64,000 nt of DNA from Saprospiraceae bacterium (GTDB lineage: Bacteria; Bacteroidota; Bacteroidia; Chitinophagales; Saprospiraceae), in the NCBI GenBank assembly GCA_026129545.1, contig JAHCHX010000005.1, forward strand, positions 49,502 to 113,501, in the 5' to 3' direction. The notes beneath the pieces are model-generated. The model ran no database searches and was not told the origin of the DNA. It was given only the letters and a program-made list of their open reading frames with translations. Numbering within the stretch: position 1 is the stretch's first letter; every line of letters begins with the position of its first letter. The position numbers were made by a program, and so were the translations under genes. Of the stretch, positions 54,008 through 61,452 are shown one piece after another.

Positions 54008-55618
54008 TTATTGTTTGATGATTTGACAGTTGGCGATGATTTTGCTTTGTTCGCTAAGTACAATGTTGTATGTTCCCTTTGGAAACCATTTTAGAGTGAC
54101 GGGCACTTGATGTTTTCCAGCCTGATATTCTTGTTCGGACATTTTCAACACTCTTTTACCACTGGCATCGAATATCTGAATGCCGATTTGTTGTCTGGAT
54201 GTCGTTTCAAAAGAAATCTGCACCTCGTTGCGGAATGGATTTGGGATGGCTGAGACGTGCAAGGGATTTTGCTCCACGAACTTTGTGGCGCTTGCGGCAC
54301 TTTGAACAAAAAACACCTTAAACAGCCGGTTGGCGGCCACGCTTTCCGCGCCGGTATTGATGAAAAAAATGTTTGGCTGACTGCTCTGAATGCCGCCCAG
54401 AATGTAGCCGACGAATGTGGTGTCGGAGTCGAGGTCGTCGAGCCGAATCACACCGTTTTCGTAGCGCGGCGCGTCGGAGCGAGGGATAAATTCGGCACTC
54501 GCGCCCGTCAGGTAGGGCATTTCACCGATTTTCACTTCCGCCATTTGGCCGTCGGCAAAGCGCGTCACCATGCTGATGGTTTTTACGAACGGCACATTCG
54601 GGTCTTCGATTAAAAAACCCGTCACGTCGTCCACATAAAATTGGCTGATGCCGCCGAAAAAAATCGTGTGCATCTGATTTTCAGCGGCGCTGTAAATCGG
54701 AAGATGCGCCGTGTGGTACTGGTTCAAGTGTTGGTTGAAGGAGTTGTTCACCGAAAATCCTGTGCTGGCCACATCCACCGTGTTGAGCCACGGCAGGTCT
54801 TGGTCGTAGCGGAAAACGCCTGAAAACATCGTGAAGCCGTATGTGCCATCAGGAAAAATCTGCGGCGCCATATTGTAGTCGCGGCGATGCAGGTTTTGGG
54901 TGTCTTTCCATGCTTCATAATTCGTCAAAGCGAGCGTGATGCCGTCGTCCGCGATTTTGAAGCGGCGGACTTCGTTGGTGTACTCCTGAATAAATCCGGG
55001 GCCATGATTTGGCCCCATGGGATTATAGCGGCCTATGAATTTTTGCCCTCCGGCGAGATAAAAATAGTCGTCGAGCGCATCGAGATAGCCGCCGGTCACT
55101 TGTACGCGCGCGTCCTGAAGTTGGCGAAAATGAGGTATCAATGGCTGGTTATTTATGACAGCCTCGATAACGCCCGGCACATTCACCGCAGTCAAATAAG
55201 GGTAAGTGATGTGGTCGCCGGCGGTGTTGGAATAGCCGTAGCCGCCCACAATGTAAAGCGTGTTGCCCACCTGCCGGAACTCCATGTTCGTGGATTGCAA
55301 TTGCTCCACCATCGAGATGGGCAGCGTGTTGAGCGGCTTCGACCACACGTTTTGTGAAACCGGGTCGAGCACGTACACATTGTTGTTCATGCCTGCCGCA
55401 TCGAATGCGGCGAAAGGCTGGCGGCGGTGCAAGCCGTCTTTCCGCCCCCCGATGACGAGCCATATACCCTCGGATTCGCCGATGACGTATGCTTGTAGGC
55501 CAGGCAAATTGGGAATCGGAAGCTCTTCCAAAATGACTTTAAAATTGGGCGAAGATTGCCCAAAAAGACCGCTTACGGCCCAACTCAAATGTATCGCTAT
55601 TGCAAATAAATGCTTCAT
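54008..55618 (-). CDS. T9SS-secreted Kelch-like beta-propeller protein
   Basis: 536 aa with a signal peptide. Kelch-like blades (GIWLVIGGRKDG, NTLYIVGGYGYS, DYFYLAGGQKF, HTIFFGGI) and a C-terminal Por_Secre_tail (IPNPFRNEVQISFE...GTYNIVL). Confidence 0.8.
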   Translation of the reverse strand: MKHLFAIAIHLSWAVSGLFGQSSPNFKVILEELPIPNLPGLQAYVIGESEGIWLVIGGRKDGLHRRQPFAAFDAAGMNNNVYVLDPVSQNVWSKPLNTLPISMVEQLQSTNMEFRQVGNTLYIVGGYGYSNTAGDHITYPYLTAVNVPGVIEAVINNQPLIPHFRQLQDARVQVTGGYLDALDDYFYLAGGQKFIGRYNPMGPNHGPGFIQEYTNEVRRFKIADDGITLALTNYEAWKDTQNLHRRDYNMAPQIFPDGTYGFTMFSGVFRYDQDLPWLNTVDVASTGFSVNNSFNQHLNQYHTAHLPIYSAAENQMHTIFFGGISQFYVDDVTGFLIEDPNVPFVKTISMVTRFADGQMAEVKIGEMPYLTGASAEFIPRSDAPRYENGVIRLDDLDSDTTFVGYILGGIQSSQPNIFFINTGAESVAANRLFKVFFVQSAASATKFVEQNPLHVSAIPNPFRNEVQISFETTSRQQIGIQIFDASGKRVLKMSEQEYQAGKHQVPVTLKWFPKGTYNIVLSEQSKIIANCQIIKQ

Positions 55619-55640
55619 TGTCGATGTTTTTAAGCATGGT

Positions 55641-57320
55641 TTATCGAAAAGTGTACGCTACCCCAGTCACCTGCGTCAGCAACGTCGCCGGAGCATCCAG
55701 TGCCTTCGCGTAGCCGCGCGGCGCGGGAGCCACGGGCGAGTTGGCCGCCAGATAGTCGCGCATCGTTTGGTGCAGGGTGTAGGGCGTGTTTTTGCCTTCT
55801 TTCACGTTCGGGATGCGGCAAAGCACCGTGTCGGGGTCGCCGTCGCGCTCGCAGGCGCAGACGGTGTAAGTGCGCTGCAAATCGAGCGGTTGACCACCGA
55901 CGGTGACTTTTTGCACCCGCTTGCCGGGTTCGCCAAAGGCCAGAAATTCGACCTCCATGCCCTTGAATTTCACCACCCAGCCGCCGAAACGTTTGGAGGC
56001 ATCTTTGGCAAACACGTTGTTCAATTCTTTTTCCAACCAATCGAAAAGCTGCTGCCCCGTCACCTTTGCGGTACGGATGTATGAATCCACCGGCAGCATA
56101 TCGAAAATGTAGCCTTCCGTAATCGGTGCGAGACCATCAGCCCCCACATTGCGCGGCGGGCAAAAACGAAAACCGTTGGACAACACAATGTCCGTGTCCA
56201 CGCGCCAGTCGAGCGCATCGAGAATCATGGTGTCAATCGTGTTTTCGATGACGAAGTAGCGATATAGCGGCACGGTGCTGTACCCGTGCACTTTGTTGAT
56301 GTCGGCCACGAAGGGCGCTTCGAGGTTGTCAATGAGTTTTTGAACCGCCGCCCTGGGCTTGTGTTTTTTCGCGTCCACTTCCAAGAGTTCGTATTTCTCG
56401 CCGACGATTTTGCCGTCTTTCACCTCCAAATCAAGCCTGCCGACGAAGGAGCCAAACGCGCCCGGCTCCACGACTTTGGCGTATTTGCACTGAATCGGCT
56501 CGCGCACGCGCTCGTGGGTGTCGCCGCCGAAAATGTAGTCAACGCCCTCACATTCAGGAAGGTTGGCCAAATTTATTTGCTGCGAAAGCCCGATGTGTGC
56601 TAGCACGATGACGAAATCGCATTGCTCCTGTTCGCGCAACACCCGCACCCACGGGGCGAGGCTTTCTTCAGGTTTTGTGTAAATAATTCCTTTGGAATAA
56701 TTCGGCGACTGGCGAAGCGGCACGAGGTGGTCGGTGAGTCCGATGAAGCCAATTTTCACGCCCAACCGCGACCAAGTGTAGTAGGGCGGGAACACGAGTT
56801 CGCCCTTCTTGCCCTCACCCAAGTCGTGATACATATTGGCGCAAACCTTCGGCGCGTCGAGGCCGCCGAGCAGGGTTTGCATTTGCTTTTTGCCGTAAAT
56901 CACCTCCCAGTTGCCGGGCAAATAGAGGTCGTAGCCGAGCGTGTTCAAAATCGGCACAAAGGCTTTGCCGAGCGTTTTCACCGACAGTTCGCTGCCTTGG
57001 AACATATCGCCCGTGTCAATGGTGAAGGTGTTGGGGTTCGCCTTCCTGATTTTGTCGAGCATGGTGGCGAGTTGCGCATAGCCTGCCGTTTTTCTGAACA
57101 CCATTTTTTCGTTTTCCCAAAACATCTCGTCGTGCGGGTGGATTTGACAATGCACGTCGGTGGTTTGGAGCAGGGTCAGGGTGCCGGATTTTTCGATTGA
57201 TTCGATTGGGCCGATTGATTCGATTGACTCGATTGGGTTGGCAACTGCCAAAGGCGACAGGCTTGCGCCGATGCCAGTGAGGAGGGTGTTGCGGAGGAAA
57301 TCTCTGCGTTTAAAGGACAT
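55641..57320 (-). CDS. TAT-exported metallophosphatase/5'-nucleotidase family protein, SoxB-like candidate
   Basis: 559 aa. Twin-arginine signal FKRRDFLRNTLLTGIGA, metallophosphatase motifs TTDVHCQ, DTGDMFQGS, PGNWE and GGDTHE, plus a 5'-nucleotidase C-terminal domain. The size, the signal and the sulfur context resemble SoxB. I cannot separate it from UshA-like enzymes by eye. Confidence 0.55.
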   Translation of the reverse strand: MSFKRRDFLRNTLLTGIGASLSPLAVANPIESIESIGPIESIEKSGTLTLLQTTDVHCQIHPHDEMFWENEKMVFRKTAGYAQLATMLDKIRKANPNTFTIDTGDMFQGSELSVKTLGKAFVPILNTLGYDLYLPGNWEVIYGKKQMQTLLGGLDAPKVCANMYHDLGEGKKGELVFPPYYTWSRLGVKIGFIGLTDHLVPLRQSPNYSKGIIYTKPEESLAPWVRVLREQEQCDFVIVLAHIGLSQQINLANLPECEGVDYIFGGDTHERVREPIQCKYAKVVEPGAFGSFVGRLDLEVKDGKIVGEKYELLEVDAKKHKPRAAVQKLIDNLEAPFVADINKVHGYSTVPLYRYFVIENTIDTMILDALDWRVDTDIVLSNGFRFCPPRNVGADGLAPITEGYIFDMLPVDSYIRTAKVTGQQLFDWLEKELNNVFAKDASKRFGGWVVKFKGMEVEFLAFGEPGKRVQKVTVGGQPLDLQRTYTVCACERDGDPDTVLCRIPNVKEGKNTPYTLHQTMRDYLAANSPVAPAPRGYAKALDAPATLLTQVTGVAYTFR

Positions 57321-57368
57321 AAACCACTGCGTTTTCCCGCAAAGATAGAGGGCGGGAAGTGGCGGGAT

Positions 57369-57384
57369 TGTGACTAATGTTACC
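57369..57384. promoter_or_regulatory. Weaker candidate Crp/Fnr-type site
   Basis: TGTGACTAATGTTACC has a perfect left half and two mismatches in the right half. It lies 49-64 nt upstream of the SoxB-like ATG. Confidence 0.3.
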
Positions 57385-57505
57385 TTTTGTGCAAAGGGAT
57401 TTGTGAGGTGGGCGTTAGGGCGCCGTTCAGGGCGTGGACGGCAAGGTGGAGGTGTATTCAGGGGATGTGACGGTGCCGCGGTGAGTGAATGAAATACTTG
57501 CTACT

Positions 57506-58060
57506 TCATTTCTGCACCCGCGCGTGATAGGTGCCGTTGGTAAAGATGATGGTATCTGGCGAGGCGGGGTCGTATTCCTCGCCCATGTACAGCCACTTCA
57601 CAAATTTAGCAGAAAACTCCCCCTCGATGTCGCTGATGCCTGCATCCTTGATGCGTACGGTCAGCCACGCCGCGCTATCGCGCACCAATTGGTATGAATC
57701 GCCTATCACATCGCCATCATCAAGCATGGTATGGAAAGTGCTGGTTTGGACAGAGTCGTTCGCCGCTTGGGATTGATAGTTGAGGATGTTGAAAAAGAAT
57801 TTGCCCTCTTCAAAAGGCATACCCCTGAAAAACAAGCTGCCTCTTCTATATCCATCAACGGTATAGTTCTCGATAAGGAGGCTAAATTTTGAAGGGTCCG
57901 TATGGAAATATTTACCTGAAGTCTTAGCAGACCAAGTTTCTCCATTTTTCATTGCTATAGCGTCGCCCAGATAAATCACCTCTTCTTCTGGCTTTTGTGT
58001 TTCTTTTTTGCAAGCACTGAATAGCATCATGGCTATCAAGATGGTGAAAAGATGTTTCAT
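57506..58060 (-). CDS. Hypothetical lipoprotein
   Basis: 184 aa with lipoprotein signal MKHLFTILIAMMLFSACKK. Confidence 0.65.
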   Translation of the reverse strand: MKHLFTILIAMMLFSACKKETQKPEEEVIYLGDAIAMKNGETWSAKTSGKYFHTDPSKFSLLIENYTVDGYRRGSLFFRGMPFEEGKFFFNILNYQSQAANDSVQTSTFHTMLDDGDVIGDSYQLVRDSAAWLTVRIKDAGISDIEGEFSAKFVKWLYMGEEYDPASPDTIIFTNGTYHARVQK

Positions 58061-58236
58061 GTTGTGAATTGATTTAGGATAGGTACTGAGACAAAATTAT
58101 TCAAGCATTTCACACGACGACACAACGGCACAAAGAATTGATTATCAGAAAAATAAAATCGCAGTGTCGCCGTGTCGTTGTGTGAAATAAATCTGTCCGG
58201 GTACTTAGTGGCTACTAATTATGAAAAAAATGATTG

Positions 58237-60326
58237 TCATCGCACGAGCGTCTCATCTTTTGCTACCCGAACAATCTCGCCGTTTTTCAGCCGCACCGTC
58301 AACACGAGCGCATACACACCCGGTTGCGCATCTTTACCCCGCCACTTGCCGTCCCAAATCACCGTCTCCGCCGACGCGGCAAGGCCTTGCCGCGACACGA
58401 CCAGCCCGCCCCAACGGTCGTAAATCGCCGCCAAGACGACCTCCTCCACCTCGCCGCCAAACGACAGGGTTAAAAGGGCGTTTGGCCCGTCGCCGGTGGG
58501 CTTGAACACGTTGGGGATATAAATCCGCCTCCGGTCAACGACGCTAACCCGCACCACAGCCTCCTCCCGGCATCGCAGACCGTCTTCTGCAATCAGCAAA
58601 AAATCGGTTGTTTTCCACGGAAATGCCAAAGGGCTTTCACAACTTGAGCAGTCCAAACCCGTCGTGGGCGACCATTGAAAAACCAACGGTTTGTCATGCA
58701 CAACAAATGGATTGAGTTGAATGGAATCGCCCAAACTGATTTCCACCTCGGTGGGCAGTTGGATGGCTGGGTAGTTGCTTTCAGTCACGAAGACCGTATC
58801 GGTCTGTGTGCCGCAATCGTTTGTGGCGGACACGGTGTAGCGGCCATAGTCGCTCGCTACAACTTGCACGCCCGTGTCACCAGTATTCCACAGATAAGTG
58901 TCAAAGCCGGGCGTGGCGAAAAGAGGCACCGGCTCTGTGAGGCACAAGGTCGTGTCGCGGCTTGCCGCAAGCCGCACCTGGCGCAGGTCTTTAAAAACAA
59001 TGGTGTCTGTGAACACGCCACATTCGTTCCGCACCTCGAGCCAGTAGGTGCCGGGCTGCGTGACCGTGACTGCCGACGCGGTTTCGCCTGTGCTCCAAAG
59101 ATAATTAGGCTGCCCATGCGGCCCTTGCAGCAGACGGGCAAACTGCGTCGTGTCGCATAAGGCCGTGTCAGCGCCCAAGTCTATTGACAGCGGATAGTCC
59201 ACTTGCAGCCAAAAAGAGTCGCTTAGGATGCCGCACAGGTTTTGCTGACTGACCCATACCAATCCTTCTTGTTCTATTTTGGTGCTTTTTGTCGTGTCGC
59301 CCGTGCTCCACAGCACCTCGGCGCAGCAGTCGGTCGTTTCGAGGGTGAGCGGCAAAGCCGAGTGGCAGAGCATGAGCGTGTCGTCGGCAAAGCCGAAGGC
59401 AGGGGCTGGCGTGTGTTCTATTTGGAAGGTGTCGGTGAAGTAGCACCCGTCCAATGCCGCCCGCACCCAGTAGGGCCGGGGCCTTGTACGGACACGGTGT
59501 GCGCGGTGTCGCCCGTGCTCCACTGGACATCGCTTAGCAAGGTGGGCACCGAGTAGTGGATGGTGGAGTCCGCCGCGCAGACCGTTTTATCCTCTACCCA
59601 TTGGTAGGGGTTGATGGGGGATTTCTCTACGGAAACATCGTCAATATAATAGTAGGATTGAGGCCCATACTGACTTTTTATATGCAAATAGGTTATTTCG
59701 CTGTTGGGCAAATAATTCCCGATAGTGATAAAAGATTCTCCCCCTTCTGCATTAAAATAACCGCATATTCGCATCCAGTTGATGGTGTCTGCCAGCACAT
59801 ATCCCTTCAAACTGCTGACCTGAGGCTGGAAGGGCAAAACGCCCGGGACAGCAGGCGGAATGACATCAGACTTTATCAGCTCTTTCGACAAGTATGCCCC
59901 TATCATATCGGATGCCCCGTCAGATACTTTTTCAGCAAGACTCACGAAAAATTCGACTTTGTAAACAGAGTCCTTTAATAAAGAAGTAGATAACTGCCCT
60001 TCAATATACTCGCGCCCGTCAGGTGGTTTATTATCACCATACTCGTAACCATAAATGCCTGCATAAGCAATGCCGCTTCTTGGCTGCTGATTGCCCATAG
60101 CATTTTGCGGAGTGCTGTGGGTGGTATTCCAGCCGCAGGGATAAAAATAATCGGAAGAACGATGAGGCTGAGTCCAGAATTTTGCCGAATCAATGCTCCC
60201 TAAACTCCAGTTTCCAGCGTACGGGCACCCGTTTTTCTCCTCAAAGCTCGGGTTCAGCACCAAATTTTGCCCCTGCGTTTTCACTAACGCAAAAATGCAC
60301 CCGATGAGCAAGGTCGTGCTTCTCAT
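58237..60326 (-). pseudogene. T9SS type-B (CHU_C / gliding-associated C-terminal domain) cargo gene split by a -1-nt frameshift
   Basis: Track ORFs 59418-60494 and 58237-59523 overlap. Adding one nt in the GGCCCCGGCCC run (~59473-59483) gives ...WSTGDTAHTVSVQGPGPYWVRAALDGCYFTDTF..., which matches the later internal repeats (LWSTGETASAVTVTQPGTYWLEVRNECGVFTDT). Signal peptide from ATG 60326; C-terminal IYIPNVFKPTGDG...WDGKWRGKDAQPGVY. Confidence 0.8.
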
Positions 60327-60334
60327 AGACGAAA

Positions 60335-60384
60335 GTCTCACCGGGCCGCCACGCCCCTGCGCGGGCGTGGCGGCCCGGTGAGAC
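60335..60384 (-). terminator. Long GC-rich hairpin between two co-directional T9SS cargo genes
   Basis: Perfect 22-bp stem GTCTCACCGGGCCGCCACGCCC / GGGCGTGGCGGCCCGGTGAGAC with a 6-nt loop. It starts directly after the stop at 60385. The U-tract is poor. Confidence 0.6.
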
Positions 60385-60732
60385 TTATTGTTTGATAAAT
60401 TTGCCGGACAGCGGCCCGGCCTCCGTTTCCAAGAGGTAGGTGTACACCCCTGAGGGCAGGCGGTCCACGCCTGTGCCGTTCGCGTCGTAAACATTCATGT
60501 TCTGGATATAGAACAAAACCTTGCCGTCCGCATCGTAAGCGGTGTTCTCCACCGTGTACGGATAACCCACGCTCCATGTGAGCGGGGTGGCCGTGCCAGC
60601 GCCGAAGTCAATTTCAGTCGGGTTCAAAATCCATCTGTTCATTTGGCCGAACGAATCAAAGTGGAGAAGAAAAGCGGAAACCAGCACTACGAACGGCTTC
60701 GCCCCGGCTGTGAATGTGTCGATTTGTTTCAA
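60385..60732 (-). CDS. Small T9SS C-terminal sorting domain protein
   Basis: 115 aa. Signal peptide, a short body, then a Por_Secre_tail-like end (LPSGVYTYLLETEAGPLSGKFIKQ). Confidence 0.6.
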   Translation of the reverse strand: MKQIDTFTAGAKPFVVLVSAFLLHFDSFGQMNRWILNPTEIDFGAGTATPLTWSVGYPYTVENTAYDADGKVLFYIQNMNVYDANGTGVDRLPSGVYTYLLETEAGPLSGKFIKQ

Positions 60733-60738
60733 TCTGTA

Positions 60739-60972
60739 TCAATTTGTCTCATCAGGCGCACGGTCATTAAAGCGTCTTGCTGTGTATCTCCTTTTTTGAT
60801 GACTTTCAATCGTCCTGATAAGGATTTCCTGCTCAGAAGGGCTAAGCAATTCGCCGGATATGGGAATGTTTGCCTTTGCTATGCGGCGATAGAGGGTGGA
60901 ACGCGACATTCCCAATTCGCGAGCGAGTTCCTCTTTTGTTTTGTATACCTCGCGCCGCCAAGTTTTCAGCAT
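60739..60972 (-). CDS. Small helix-turn-helix protein (77 aa)
   Basis: The HTH KTKEELARELGMSRSTLYRRI is clear. The first 10 codons (MLKTWRREVY) are encoded by a MITE-type box that recurs nearby. Confidence 0.6.
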   Translation of the reverse strand: MLKTWRREVYKTKEELARELGMSRSTLYRRIAKANIPISGELLSPSEQEILIRTIESHQKRRYTARRFNDRAPDETN

Positions 60973-61063
60973 CGTCTAGGGTAACGTTTACTAAACTTTT
61001 GAAGTTTAGTAAACGTGATATCATCCTTCCAACCATGCTGAAAACTTGGCGGCACGAGGTATA
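60943..61063. repeat. Nested inverted repeat over the HTH gene start
   Basis: 30-nt arms at 60943-60972 and 61035-61063 (29/30 match) flank a perfect palindrome with 15-bp arms, ACGTTTACTAAACTT-TTG-AAGTTTAGTAAACGT (60984-61016). Confidence 0.9.
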
Positions 61064-61102
61064 ACGATTGTTGTTCATTCCCAAATCCGGTTGGTGAGCG
61101 TG

Positions 61103-61189
61103 TTACGCCTCGCGCCGCCGGGTTTTGAGCATGATTATCAGGGAGAACAACCATAACCATCTCACAAATCTCAGCGAATCAAGGTATGG
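61103..61189 (-). repeat. MITE-like element, short copy E
   Basis: Carries both boxes: TTACGCCTCGCGCCGCCGGGTTTTGAGCAT (61103-61132) and CATCTCACAAATCTCAGCGAATCAAGGTATGG (61158-61189). Confidence 0.65.
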
Positions 61190-61297
61190 AATCGAAACGA
61201 GGATGCAGCAACAAAAGCATCTACAGACAAATTTATGGCAGTTCTTCCAAGCCAATGCGCATCCGTGTGTTAATTTCTCACTTTGAGATATTGTTGG

Positions 61298-61352
61298 CAA
61301 AAATGTCGGTAAGAGAGTGGCGCCACCACACTACTTGACATTTTTGTTTTTT
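61298..61352 (+). terminator. Possible plus-strand rho-independent terminator with no annotated upstream gene
   Basis: 10-bp stem CAAAAATGTC (61298-61307) / GACATTTTTG (61337-61346), a 29-nt loop, then T6. Confidence 0.35.
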
Positions 61353-61452
61353 GGGCATCCAGCCGGGATTGTGTCAAAAGATTCTACCAACATTTGACCT
61401 CTCCGAGGTTTGTGCCATTTTGATACGTTTGCTCTGACTATTCCCCCCGTTT

